NCBI GenBank assembly: GCA_977016875.1
Contig: CDRNST010000144.1
Span: 5,332,001-5,396,000, forward strand
Reading direction: 5' to 3'
Length of the DNA: 64,000 bases
Origin: Pavona decussata
Lineage: Eukaryota
The notes beneath the pieces were generated by a model. The model was not told where the DNA came from. It made no database searches and was given only the letters and a program-made list of their open reading frames with translations. Numbering within the stretch: position 1 is the stretch's first letter; the number at the start of each line of letters is the position of its first letter. Position numbers and translations under genes: made by a program. Shown one piece after another: positions 14,901 to 28,831 of the stretch.

Positions 14901-17900
14901 AAACATGACTTGGAATCGCAGTATGACATGAGATCATAATAATTTCACACATTTAAAGGGAACACGGGGTTTTTCAGTCTTACTACACTGATAATTGCCA
15001 TTGGGCCATCTACTGCGACCACGTACACTGATAAGGTAGTTGCCCTCTGAAACGGGAATAAAGCTGAGCAAAAGCACAGCACACGCGCCTTTCCACCTCA
15101 ATGGTGATTTTGTGTCCCTAAAATAGAATTAGAATGTCCACCCGCTGCAAAAACTTTATATACGGGCAACGCATAAGTTATACATATAATAATCAACCAA
15201 CAGAACCTTAAGCCCTTCGTCGGTCGGTGACATGCTGGAAACATAAAACCTCATGTTAACACACAGCCACTTTGCAAGAAACTCAATTTTGCTTTTAAAA
15301 TAAATAACGAATGAGGTTGGCACCCCAAATTATGTCCACCAGATCACATTTTGCACGTTTACATTTGCACAAACGGCACTAACCTTCGGGACTTTTTCAG
15401 AAATTATCCCGGAACAATTTGGAATGGTAGGTAAGAGTTCACTGAATGTAACCATGGCAACCAATTTTTGACAGGCAGTTTTTTAAATTTACAAAACAAC
15501 TTAACTTCCTTACAGTTAATCTCATGTTTTTTTTAATATCATTTTCGTGTTTTTAGATAGCTCATAGAAAACTGACGCTATCATGGAGCCAAGGTCGAAA
15601 AGAACTTCTAAGTATGTCTGTCACGAGAGCCTTTATAAAAAACACTTCATACTTTATCAGGGAGATGACATCACTGGAAAAACAGAAAAATAAATATCCT
15701 TAGAAACCAGCCGGACTTTGAACCAGCTTGAATCGCAAAACCAGCTAACACAACTGAAACTAAACAACACATAAATCACTAAATAAACAATATTTAACTT
15801 GATAACTGATGTAACATGACATCAATTGATTGATTGAGTTCTGAATGAAAACAATTACCTGATTACTTTTTCTTACCGTATTTACTTCCTTCATCTTCCT
15901 GTTAAATTCTTCTTCTCCTTTGATTTCTTTGTAAATTTCATAGCCAAAGTTCTTCCCTGTCATAGAGAGTCAGACATTTAAGGTCAGAATCTTGGAGCAA
16001 TTGAAAATTAAAACTTCATTGGGTCAAATTAATGAACCCGAAGGGATTTAACAAGAGTGGTTCTAATGCTAACATTACGAAACACAAGCCGATATGCAAC
16101 GTTAATAAGAAACTCTTAATCATACAAAAACTGTTTACACTACCCAGACGTCACTTAATCGTGCAATCCGTAAAGCAAAAAATGTACGTACATTCCATTT
16201 TGCCTCAGCGTTTTTCCCCTCACAATTATTCTGAGAAGAGTTTTCCATGTAAATGGTAAGCACCCCTGCTTTCAAGCACTTTATCCCAACACTGTGAACG
16301 ACTTTGGCGAGAATAGAAAACGTCCAATGTTCTTTGAAAATTTATCAAAGATTTTTAAAGGCGCCACCTCTAGCGCATGCGCAAATTAAGTCTTATTGCG
16401 AGACATCTACTGGTAAACGCACCCTGCTAAGGTTTCCTTACGTTATCTCTCGGTCCACCGGTTGTATCAAAAATATGTCAAAAGACCTCGAATGTTGGCC
16501 AGATAAGACGATAACGGAAACTTAGATATGGAAGTTCGAAGAAGTTAGCAATAATGTGATAATTTTATTTTAAATTAACGTCTTCCCTGACAAAATAATC
16601 TTTAAATTACTTACTACCAGTGATAAAGCCTAGAAAACATATTAAAGTTTCATTTCGCGACGGTCTTTACAATAATTCTAGTGAACCCCATGTGGCAATT
16701 ACACGTGCTTCATTTGAATCAAAACGATTGAATTTTGACAGCTGAAAGTACGTCATTACTGTGCCCCTTACAGGACGCCTACATGACAAAAAATTCTTAA
16801 AATGTAATCAAGGAGGAATGCCTGAAAATTTTGAGGAAATGGTAACCATGAAAGAAATTACTTTTCGCACATATTTATTGTATTTCGTGATGCAGTTTGT
16901 TTTTCAAAATACCTGTTTAATTTTGTTAAAGACAGAAAATACATTTCATCCTCGATGGCATCGAATAACCCAAATTGAAGGCCAAATTAGTAGCTACCAA
17001 AACATCTCTCGTCTGCAAACGGAAAGAGTGCTTAGATATTTTGGTTGTATTGTGTTGATTTGTGTAATGTTTAACACTTCATCTGAAATGACATTTTGCT
17101 GGCTATCGCGTAAAATGGAAGCAATCCCACGCATTCAAAACAAGCAGTTTTTTTAAACTGACGAAACATTTAATTTCACCACTACACTGCGATCAAATTA
17201 TATTCCATATGCCCAATGATGAATTACTCTAGCATTCAAGCTGTGAATTGTCTAAGAATAGTGCTGAGAAATATGTGAAAACAGGATGGATTTTGAGTTT
17301 TACTCAAATTTAATGACATTTTGATTGATTGTGAATATAGTTAACTGAGGGACTAGCTATGAAACTTGCCGTGACAACAATGATGGTACAATTTATGTTG
17401 AACGGGCCAAGACCGTGCACAATTCCTTGTTTTAACGTTCACAGTACAGGAACGTTTCTATTGGTCAGCTGCTCCAACACATTTTAAAATCTATTGTCGT
17501 CTGTGCACGGTCAAGGCCAAAACTTTTAACAAAAAACATATAACAAAGAATTTTGTCAGGCTTCGTAACCAATTCCATTTATTAGTATGGTTTGCAAATA
17601 ATCATATTGTTTTAAAATTACGGTTTATGGAGTTTTTAAGTCCCATCTGGTTCTATTTCTCTCCGGTGACAGCGTTTCTTGGCCGACATTTTCGGGTACA
17701 TGGAAGGATTAGGCTATAAAATAACTTACCTTTGATGACGACAGGTACCCCTAATTGACTTTGAGACGTGCTGATAAAATGATATGATCGTTTATTTTCC
17801 GAGGAGATCCAGAAAGTGACGCCGAAGTTGATCGGCAGGCCGAAAACTGTCGAGCAAGGTATATCACCACAAGTTCTGTTCCTTTGATTTAACCTACCTA

Positions 17901-18414
17901 CCTCTTCGGTTGTAGTGTTTTGATTTTATTTGTTTATAAGATGTTTATACCCATGAATAGCAAGGAGAACTGAGCAAACGAACGGAGAAGCAATTAAACA
18001 AACCAAAAACGTAAACAAGCGCTCAAGAAGAAGAAAAAGCGAATGAACAACTGGATGAGTAGTGTAAGAAAAACAACAGTCAGCAAGCTGAAGAAAGCAA
18101 ACCTTGAGGGCTCAGATATCATTACAGTTACAGGCCACAGAAGCTTACAGTCCCTCGACGACTATGATGAAGCCGACAAGGAAGGGCAATGACAACTCTC
18201 TCTTGCAATATCCAATGAAAACGAAATTATGAAAAACCGATTTAACGGAATAGATGTCATTGACGAAACTGACAATCTAAAGGACCACGTTCATTGCGTT
18301 TATAATTAACAATTAGATTATGAGCTCGAAATTTCTATCGCGTGATAGTTGATGAGGGCGCAGCCCGAATCAGCTATCACGCGTAGAAATCGAGAGCAAA
18401 TAATCTAATTGTTT

Positions 18415-18792
18415 TAGTATAAATCTACTAGACGTTCCAAACTGAACAAGTAAATTATCTATATTCTCATCGCAGACACTTCGAAAACGAGGCGAAGCGG
18501 CCGCCATTTTGTTGAAAACCGCTACTCACTATGATCACAGAATAGATAGCGAATAGACCCAATGCAAAAATGGCGGACATTTTAATATTCTTTTTTCTGC
18601 ATTCAAATTGGCCTCACTAACCTCGTTCTTGAGTTCAAAAATCAAAAGAATATTTTACCTTGGCCGAGGCTAGTGAGGCTAATTTGAATACAGACAAAAG
18701 AATACGAAAATGTCAGACAATTTTGCGTTGGGTGTTTAGCGTAGCCAATCAGAGAACGGCATTCGTGATAGAACACTAGTAGATTTATACTA
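18415..18792. mobile_element. Inverted-repeat element with a nested palindromic MITE (about 18552-18740)
   Basis: TAGTATAAATCTACTAG / CTAGTAGATTTATACTA inverted repeat. Inner element AATAGACCCAATGCAAAAATG...TTTTTGCGTTGGGTGTTT; a related element lies at about 24500-24690. Confidence 0.55.
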
Positions 18793-21700
18793 ATATACAT
18801 TACATAATTACTCAATTCCGACTGGATAAGAAAGGACTGCAGTTTTCATGAAATACGAGTGCATTACAAATGTTTTTAACTATAGATTATAGGAGAAACA
18901 AGAAGTCTTTCTCTATAGCATTGCAATCATAAGATTAAAACATGAGAAAACTGTTTCGTGATGTTTTAATACAGAAATTTAACGGTAATTTCAGTGATTG
19001 TTTGTAATATGTTTATGCCCACGAATAGCAAGAGGAACTGGGCAGACGGTGGAGCAACTGAACAAACCAGAAATAGAAAGCGCAAGTGAATGAAAAAGCG
19101 AATGAACAACCGGATGATAAGCAGTGCAAAAAAACAAACAAACAAACGAACAAAAAACACTCAGCAAGCTGAAGAAAGCAACGTTGAACACTCTGATAGC
19201 GTCAAAGTCACAGGCCACAGAAGCGTACAGTCCCAAGACGACTATGAAGAAGCCGAGGAGAAAGAGCAACGTTGACTCCCTCTTACAATATCCAAACGAA
19301 ATTATGAAAACCCCTGTGCCGAGAAGAAGCGAATAGCAGATTCCGACATTACAGTTGCTCCACTCGCTCCGGTAACGATGAATGTGCCATTTATCACAGA
19401 CAACAGCCGGCCCATCGATGGCAGCGAAACTTTTTGTTAGTCTTTGAAAAATTTACTAGTGCTTATTTATTCCAAATTGCGCTCGAAATCATGTGATTAC
19501 CTATAGTAATTTAGACGTACAAAATAGAATTAGAATTACCCCCTTTTTTTTTTCAATGCAACAATGATGGTATCAAAAAGTAACTCTCAGTATGATCATT
19601 TTCTCGGCATATAAACAGGTTTCTATTGCAACAGTATAACCTGTTAAACAAAAAACACCCCTAATGGTTGCAACTCTATTATGGAACTCTGATCAGCATG
19701 TTCGCGCACAGGTTTTTAAAGTTGGGAGAAGGGTTCAGAGCCATCTTAAATTTTTGAAAATTTAAGGCGTATTCGTTAAAGGAAAAAAAGAAATAATAAG
19801 TTACAGAGGCATGTGGAGAAAATTTGATCCGCTCATTTTTAATGATATCATCATGGTAGCGTCAGTTTGAGCCGATTAAAGAGGAACCATCACTCTTATG
19901 ACAAATTTCGTCCAATTGATTCAATATTTTCACTAATTAACTGGAATGAATTTTTGTGAGGACAAAATGTGGATTTGAGCAATGCCTATCTCTATTTTTA
20001 AATTTGGATTTTATACTAGCGCGGGTTACATAGGATGCAAAGTCTCGTCTGAATGCATGTGGTTCGCGTTCGCATCCAACATCCACCGACAACGGATCTT
20101 TTTTATTTTTCTTTTTTTGCAGATTAAACTCATTCTTTAACACCGCTTTTTTTAAAAAAAGGGCGTTAATTTCCCACTTTGTATTTTTAACTTGAATCGA
20201 TATTTAGATAGGTTGGATTTGCCGCGCCGCTGACAGTAAATTTGGAGTAAATTCACGAATGAGAGGTTTCTGGTTATTTTAGAATTCATGCGTGATCCTC
20301 GAAGGCCTTTAGTTATTTGAAGTTGGGTATTTTGCTTTCAATTAAAATTCGTCTTAGTTACCGCCATCGCTTGGTTTTACGAACCACCAGCATCTTGCGC
20401 AAATGATTATAACCGATGTTTAACTTTGCGCCACAAAAGTTAATTTGTTTTGCAGCTGAGGTTAATTTGCACAATTGGGACCCAGTGTTCGGTACAGTTT
20501 GGAGTATTAAAAAAAGAAATTAAATTACAACAGTGGAACTATAACATCATGAATCAGGTTTGTAAAAAATTTTCTTTTTGGAATCAAAAGAGGAAATTCG
20601 AAAATCTCCAGTTTTGGAGGTTGACACAAGAATTTTCGTTCAAAACCATAACCAAGAGGACTTTCCGATGAAAAGCTTACGTCTGAGCTGATCAAGAGAA
20701 AAAGCATGAGAAAACTCAGCTGTGATGAAAAGCAAACATTCGTCTACCGGGGCGCGTCGAGATAGAGCTTAATTTTACTGGAAGATCATAAACCGGCTGA
20801 AAACAGTCAAATAATAATAGTGATAAAAAAAGATTCCGCGTCTAAAGGCCCTGGAAAACAACAAGACTGCATTAGCGCGCGCAAAAATGATTCGATTTGA
20901 CGTTTTACTCCGCGTCATAATGGGAGGCTGACAGAACGCAGTTGAAATAATTGTCGGTGGCAGCGTGAAAACACTGTGACAGTTTTTGCGACAAAAAAAC
21001 CGAGAGAAATCGAAGATGGAGCGAGAAGATCGCAATTCAGGTTAGTAAACCTATTTGCGCTTAGAAGCAGATGCGCAAAACCGAAAATTTGAAATTTTTG
21101 GAGATTAAAACTGCAACGCAAGAATTCGAGATAATTTGGCGGAAAAGTTTTCTGACGAAACTCTGAAAAACTAAAAGATCTGGACGACAAAGTGGAAGGA
21201 AACTTTAAGCTGCTATGAAATTTTTAAGGTTGATATGTCGAGATGAATCGCAGTATTGTATATGGTAACGAATTTATCAGTTTTAGCTGTTTTGAAGCAA
21301 AGAATAATTTTAGCGAAATGTTTGTTTATACTTTGACACAAGCGCGCAACCTTGGCAACGCAAGTTGGCACGCGTCATAACAATCGATTACGTCAACACC
21401 GGAAGCTCGCGCGCTCCAGCTTCGTTTCCAGGCTTCTATGTGCCAAGCGCGCCGAGCTTTATGTCGGAGGCTTGCGATCGAACTCGAAAGCGCGAGAGTC
21501 CTAGGAGCGATCTGGCGTTGGATCTGGCGCGTCTTCCTTATCTCTTCCCCAGTCTCTTCCATATCAGTTCAACGCGTGACGTCTTTGGTGACGTCACATT
21601 TGACCGCGCACCTACTACGGACTGGGGCCGAGGATCCGTGCGCTTATTATTTCGTTTCGTTCGCTCAGAAAACAAACAATTTTTAGTTACAATCTTATTA

Positions 21701-22649
21701 TCTTAGAAGCCAGGAGCCAAAAAGGGATCGCAATAGAATAGCTGTTGACAGCCTCTGTTAACAACTTCAGTGTAATTTGAAAAACCACCACTCGAAGCTC
21801 TGCCGGGTTTCACGGCAGTTATTTTTTTTCCAAGGGACGCAACTCTTACAGTATTCACTACATCCTGGTTTACCCAGCATCACTGTCTTTTTATGTTTTT
21901 AGAATCATTTTGACTGTTATTAGCTTTTTGTTTTACTCATCTTTGGAGTTGGGAACAAAAATCACGAAAGGTTTCCCATGCGTTTAATGTTACTTACAAA
22001 CTTCAAATTTTGTTCCTGATTTAGGCACAAACCGCGTATCCCGTAAAACGGTACAAGGCAAATTATTACAGGAACAAGAAGAGCATAAGGTAAGTTAATT
22101 ACATACACAACAAATAGTTATTGAGAAATTATAACAACGTTGTTTTCAGCGCTTTCAACAGCAGAGATGATTGCATATAACAACAGCTTGCGCGTAACAA
22201 ACAATTGAATGTAACGGCCTAACTTAAAATAGCATCTTATGGAACTATTGGTAACAAAATTCTCAAAAGGCATTTCATTATTTTAAACAAGCAAATATTA
22301 TAAAACTTACGTTTGGCCGCTGAAGGTTTCTCAGTTTAGTTGTCGTTCATTCTGCTCTGTGAGTCAGCCGTTCAGTTTGCAGTGGTTCGTTGTTGACGAC
22401 CGCTTGATTGCCTGCGCGCGCTTTATTTTGAAATAGAAAAATGATAACGCCATCTTCTTATTTGATCTAAGATGAAATCAATTATTCATCCTTTGATAAC
22501 AAAGGACCTCTCAGGTAATAGTTTCTTGACAACAGATTTCCCACCGAATTGAACCTGTATCATGTTGATTAATAAAAATGCTGTGCAGTATTGAATTTTA
22601 TTATATGGCTGGCTCCGCGAGCGGGCAAGATGAGTCAAATTCTGCGCTG

Positions 22650-22680
<31 letters not shown>

Positions 22681-23604
22681 TATCTTGCCCGCTGGGGATT
22701 ACCCGTTGCCCGTCCGCTTGGCATCGAAAGTTTAATCCCAACAACAATGCGGGCTTTCTTCGATTTTCTCGTTGTTTTGGGGGAAAACGCTCACTAAAAA
22801 GTTCGGTAAACTCTCAACATTTACCTAAACGAAAGGAAAGAGAATGGAATCGTCCTGGTGTAGTGAAAACTTCGTTTCAGCTACAATGAATGTGAGTTGA
22901 ACCGGTGAGTTGCTCTGCGTGTAGTATTTTAGATAGAATTGATTTTGAAAGACTTATTGTCTCAAGTCGAGTGCCAAATTGATAGGTTCTCTAGGTTTGC
23001 AATGACTGTATTTAAATCATAGCGTAGTGGAAGTTGCGGTTAGTGTTTAGAGCAGTTCAGAAAAGTATTTTTTTAAGTTCGCCGAAGAAGCTCACGTTTT
23101 TAATTCAGCCGCGTCTTGCTTGTTGTAAACAACAAAATCTTGCCAAAGTTTCGCCCAGTTTTCTGATTTACCTGCTCTTTTTTTCGACTTATGTTTGCAT
23201 ATAATCTCAAAATCTATTGTTTCATTCAAGAATTAATGATTGGAAGCTAAAAACTGTGTAAAAAAATTTTATTATTTACGCCACCGCGCGATCGCCTGAA
23301 AATGGCGAGTTTGCCGGATTCTATTCAAATCTTCCCGCTCTTGCGAAAATCTAAATTTTTCGTTTTCTCGATAATTGTACACTTCCTTTAAGCCATTATA
23401 AAGTTAGAGCCCTAAGATAATTTAGGATTTCTTGTTTTCCACGATTACATTCTAATCCAAAGGTGCACTGAAAATAAATCTTGCACCGGCCGGCTATGAA
23501 GAATTTCTTTCCGAGTAGAGCCATTTCATGTCGTATTTTGTTTTGTTATTGTAGTTTTAACTTGATGGTAAAGCCATATAATGAATCCTTTATTGACCAA
23601 GCTT

Positions 23605-23639
<35 letters not shown>

Positions 23640-23646
23640 TTTTTTG

Positions 23647-23688
<42 letters not shown>

Positions 23689-23748
23689 TGAAAACGCAAA
23701 AAAAGAACTTGGCCAATATCCAGCCAGCTTGACCTCACGCTTGGTCAT

Positions 23749-23749
<1 letters not shown>

Positions 23750-23781
<32 letters not shown>

Positions 23782-23994
23782 GCAAACGCCAGGCTGAAAC
23801 AAGTTTCTCTTTGATGAAAAACTTGAAGCTTTTTTTGGTTTAAGCTTATCTCCACCCAGTCGGCGACAGTTATCGAGCAAACACGAAAAAGAGAGAAGTG
23901 AGTACGAGAAAAACAAGTTTATGCATTTTCGAACAAACAGCGGCTTGACGTTTCCCGTTTGGCGTTAGCCGTAAACGCGAAGCTAAACCTCTCT
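23750..23994. mobile_element. Harbinger-type MITE nested in a larger repeat (about 22600-24010)
   Basis: About 27-bp TIR AGAGAGATTTAGCATCGCGTTTACGGC / GCCGTAAACGCGAAGCTAAACCTCTCT, in a TTA/TAA context. Confidence 0.7.
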
Positions 23995-25045
23995 AATAAC
24001 GCATATATCTCGTTCTGCCGGCATTATAGAATACAAGCTCTGTTTCGATCTGTTTTGCTCGACCGCTTCAATAAAAACAAATAGCGTACTTTTATAGGTA
24101 GTGGACTCAAGTTCTTTGGCGGTTGATTGAACAATAATAATGATTCCAAACTTTCTACTGAAGTTAAATGCAAAAACCTGTTTTGTTTTTATTCAGAGGC
24201 TCACTGAGAAAAAATTGAAAGTTGAGCGGGAACTGGAGCAAGCAGAAGAGTTTAAAAAGATTGATGAGTAAGTACTGTTACAATGAAGCGTATTGACTGT
24301 ATGGTGTCACTTAACTTGTTAATCAAGATGGCATACAGCTCCTCTAAATTCCTTGGACCTGTATAACACGCAGCTGTTTTTTTTTTCATTACTCTCCCGT
24401 TGTTATTTTAGCCAATCCTGTTAGCTGCGTGAGAGCTGCGTCGTGGTCTGTATGAGTCTGATTGGCTATCAGTAGACATGATTTGAGCATTGATTGTATG
24501 GCCCTTTCTTTTCATAAATGGCAGCCAATAAATAATTCTTTAGTTTGTATGAAAATTAGCCTTACTTGCCTTGTTGGCATGTGCAAAATTCATTAGAAAT
24601 TTTATTCTAAAATGAGCTTAGTAGGGCTAATTAAAATATACACCGAAAAGAATAATAAATTGACGGCTGTTTATGAAGAAGGTCTATTATGGTGTGTGCT
24701 TCAAACCTGAGTAATCATGGACTTGAAAGTTCCCACAAGCAAGGAATGTGATCATTGCAGAGACACTGTTTCGCTGCGGATGTCTCTCCTTTTGCGTGCA
24801 CACAAACATTTGCTTCCTTCTGAGAAATTTTAATTTCTCGGAAACGAGTGTTTTCGAACAGTAATCCATTTCTTCTTGCAACGTCGAAAACGTGACTTGA
24901 AAACAGAAATTCTGGTTATTTAAACTACTTTGCATTTAACTCAACTCGTTAAACTTAAACAATGGATGTGGCTCAGATATCCGGGAACGGAACTAGTGGG
25001 ACTTGGTCTCCAGTAGCTTCTTCCATACTTTACTGAATATCGAAC

Positions 25046-26297
25046 GCCTAGGTCAAACGTCGAACTTTTCATGACACGAACCAAATTGTAATGTGGGCCG
25101 ACCTACTGATTAAGTTTAGATCGTCTGCTGGGTCAGACGTCAAACTTACAAAGCTTCAAATCAACAGACAAAAAAGCAAATTTTGGGGGCCAGCGGGTGT
25201 TCATAATAAAACAGGTTACGGTCGTTGTTGACCTTGAAAAATTCTTCGTTCGAGAAGACGACGTCCCATACTGCAAAACGACGACGACTCCTTATGTTGA
25301 AAATGTCTCCTCACAACTTTGTTTATCCTGAACCACGAAGCCAATGTTCACCCTAGTCCATGTTCCCGCCGTATTTTGCTGAACCAAAACACGAAATGCA
25401 GGTGTTTTCGTCATCATTTGACGCTGGATTTGAGAAGTTCAACTTTTATCTCTAAGACGCCATTTTTCCCGTCCCCAGAGTTACTCGTTTTTGATCACAT
25501 GGTCTTTGAAACTCACTGGAATAATCATTAATAAATCTTTCTGCGAACGTGGCTGAATATATACAGTCGAGCCTTGCGATCACCTCTCGCAAGCGACCAC
25601 TTTTCCAAAATAGCAAAATTTTCCCAGTCAAATCACTATAGTTGGAACCTCTCGTAAGAGACCACCTCTCGTAGGAGACCGCGACCACTTTAAGAGACGA
25701 CAGTTTGCAATTTTCTTTTCGCTTTTAACCTCCCGTAAGCGACCTCTTGTCACATACGTCCCCATATCTATCCCCTGTCGGAAGTTAGACAGTTTTCGGC
25801 GTTGTCGTTGACGTCGCCGTCGTCGTTGCTTAAGTTTCCATAATTTGCCTTTGTACTATCATTACATCATGGCATTCTTGGGTGGTTCAGGAGACATGAA
25901 TGTCGCAATCAGGCTAATACCGGGTTTCCTGAAATAGACTTTTCTCATTTGCCGTTATAAGTCCATTAAGTAATTTATCCCAGGCAAACCATCAACTTGG
26001 ATACTGAAATTCTTTGGCAATATAATTTTGGAAAGTTTAAAATGTTTTTGTGGTTACTAAATCTCTGGAGTCACCTTATTCTAATGAGTTTAAAACTTAG
26101 ACCCCTTGTGGTCTGACCTCTCGTAAGCGACCACCTTCCGTAAGCGGCCACCTAGGCTTGACATTTTGGGTGGTCACTTACGGGAGGTTTGACTTATCAT
26201 CATACAATTTTTTAATTTATTAATTTAGTTCGTCTCATGGGAAAATCGACGCACAGTTTGGTTCGCCTCATGAAAAGTTCGACGTTTGACCTAGGCC
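25046..26297. mobile_element. MITE with about 40-bp TIRs, containing a nested CAGTCG-ended MITE (about 25564-26195)
   Basis: GCCTAGGTCAAACGTCGAACTTTTCATGA.. is inverted at 26255-26297. Inner element TACAGTCGAGCC...GGAGGTTTGACTTA has repeated CCTCYCGTAAGCGACC subterminal motifs. Confidence 0.75.
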
Positions 26298-28791
26298 TAA
26301 GCAGTCAAACTTCTTTAAACCGCTTTCATTCATGTAACCCTTGAAGCCTTAGACCTGGCCATTTTACTGATTTCGGCAAGCTGTTTGTAGCTCTGATATT
26401 TTTCTATATGATATTCATTAATTTAGGGAAAACTAGGCCAAGACGAGAAAATAGTCAAAGTTCAGCTCCCATAGGGAAGCATTTCACGTCTATATAAAAA
26501 TATGATTGTTTTAAATTTTTGTTACCATAGGGAAATCGAGACTCTGATATTTCAAGCACCATCCAACACAGAAAGGGCGAAGATAGAGGTATGAAAATTT
26601 GAAAAGTTCTGGCGTATGATTTTGACCTTAAATATCGAGTTCTTTTGAAATGAAGAACCGGTGGTTCCTTTGAAACCGCTGCGTGTCCAGAATTTTCGTT
26701 TCGTTTAAATTGAAATACATTTTTAATCTGTTTTCAGGCCGAGCTTCTCAACTTTCATCATAATAATGTAATTTATTTACGGTTAGTTCAAAGCTCAATT
26801 TTATATTGTGAAATTTCTCAAGTGAAATGAGCCGCACTTGACTCTTTTACTACATTTTTAAAAGCCACACCCCAGAACTTGATTTAATTCTGATTGGGCA
26901 CAGTTAATTTCGTGGAGACTGAATTCAATAGAAATTTTAAATGGCTACGACTAAAATGTGCTTAGAATTTGAACCTTATTTATTTTCTCAATTTACAACA
27001 CCCTCACCCCAATCCCCTCCCAGCACTATGAAAACCAGGCCTTAAATTCCTTGGAAGCTTACATTTAATGACCAAACTCAGCTCATTCTTAATTAGGTTG
27101 CGTTCGATTGACCGTATTCCGGAAAAAAGATTAAGCGGAATAACTGTTAAATTTCTCTTTTTCAGTAAATCTGGAAAGACAATTCTGCAAAGTTTCGCTG
27201 ACACATGATAATTTAAGAGTTACTCCAGTAGCTCCAAAATCGAGCACACCTTACATTTTTGAGTGGTAATAGTAGTAAGTTATATTTTCTTACCTTACTT
27301 GAACTATAGCCCGCAGTAATAAAGTTAGAAGAATTGCGTTAGGGCCGATGGAAATTAAAAAGATACTGTATACGTATTGAAGTTTGCGATTTTGGATTAA
27401 CTTGAACGTGGGTAATGCTTTACGTCCATTCCGACTCAGTATTTTTCAAATGAAACTGCGCTTGTAATATATAATATGTGTGTACGAGAGAGAATGATTG
27501 TATTCAGGGGTTCGTCCATTAGATCGGTATATGCGCCTAGTTTTTGTTTTGTCTTTATACATAATCTTCCTTTGTTTCCTGTAATGTCCATCTCTTCCTT
27601 CCCAGGTTTTGCTCAGCGTTTTGCTAAAAAGTGTTTTTTTTTTTTTGTTTAGAACACTCAACGAGAAAGTTGTTGACGAAGTGAATGGAAGCCAGGCTGC
27701 GGTGAGTGGAAAGCAAATTCGTAACCATCGTAAAAGTACGGTGTTATTGCTGTTGCCCTGGAAATAATTAGTCTGTTAAACTTAAGTAATCCAGAAAAGG
27801 ACTTACCAATATAGTTGTCAAGATTTCCTCACCCTAGCTCGATGGCCTTTCACGCACATATGAAATAAAAGATAACCGTTACACTCAGTTAAAGCGGTCT
27901 CCGTCTTATCCAATCTTGTTGCGTTTTGCTGTAAAAGTAATAAAGATTCGTGTCAGTGTCCCTGAATGTTTTTTTTTAATATATATGCAATTATTTTTTA
28001 TTCACTTTCAGCTTGATGCTGTAGAAGAGTTACTTATCAAGAGGTAATAAGCCATTTTCTTATGAAACGTGGTCAGAATGTTTTACAATGTATAGTGACA
28101 GGTATGCTTGCCAGAGATTTTGAAAGGAACCCCTTTACTGAGAGGAACTAGAATCGGGACTAGGTAATTTGCGAGTAGAATCTCGTTTATTGGGCGTGGC
28201 ACAAATCAACTTCCAACTCTAAAGGGAAACATTTCTGAACTGATTATTTCCCAATGCCCTCAAATGTGCCGTCTTATCGCCAAGACTGACGGTGGTCATT
28301 TTGTTGAGATTTGAACGCCTCAAGCGGTATGAACCACAAACTATTACTCCTCACAGGTAAGAGTCGCTAACTCCCGGATTAAGTGGGATGTAGATTAAGG
28401 GAAAGATAATTTCATGATTGTAAAATTGTACGAAAGCCCAATTGAAAGTGATTAATGCCTTAGTCAAAAGAACAGATTTTCTTATGTAATTGTAATACAA
28501 CAAAATTTATTATCTGAACGTCAGCGTAAAGCTAATTCTTTCCATTTTTAAATCCCCCTTACCCGACAAGGCCAAAACTTGACTCAGGTGTAATGCCTTC
28601 ATGGGTTAGACATTTCTTATAGGTTTAATTTAAGTTTGTTAATTTAAGTAAATTGTTTGTTCACTAACCCATTCACGACGAATGGGTTAGTGATAGTATA
28701 AGAAGAATAAAATGAACGAATAAGTGAGATAGATATGAAGTAGACTGGGTTGGTGGGTATATCTTACTAAAATTGGTACACTGTTTGACAA

Positions 28792-28792
<1 letters not shown>

Positions 28793-28830
<38 letters not shown>
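28793..28830. repeat. (CAA)n microsatellite
   Basis: Tandem AAC units. Confidence 0.9.

Positions 28831-28831
<1 letters not shown>

Larger units (their letters stand above)
3301..16198 (-). pseudogene. AOS-LOX: Allene oxide synthase-lipoxygenase fusion, copy A; in-frame premature stop in exon 10 (pseudogene or null allele)
   Basis: Eleven GT-AG coding exons spliced by hand: 16192-16198, 15877-15956, 14307-14728, 11266-11454, 10665-11143, 9757-10020, 8574-9067, 7854-8117, 6800-7122, 6009-6447, 3301-3480 (3141 nt, phases consistent). Catalase-like domain: MEWKNFG..., KRPTH, RKELY. PLAT domain: NDFEAG, FPCYRW. LOX domain: THLMKTHL, QHAAVNF, C-terminal PNSIAI*. TAA at 6339-6341 where copy B has TCA. 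Confidence 0.93.

Noticed and set aside
15760-15963. ORF MTGKNFG... as the true start of AOS-LOX A
   Set aside because: The ATG overlaps the acceptor and is absent in copy B; the conserved upstream 7-nt exon restores the Trp of WKNFG.
25580-26180. Recurring CCTCTCGTAAGCGACC motifs resembling a CRISPR array
   Set aside because: Irregular spacing inside a TIR element, eukaryotic context, and no cas genes.
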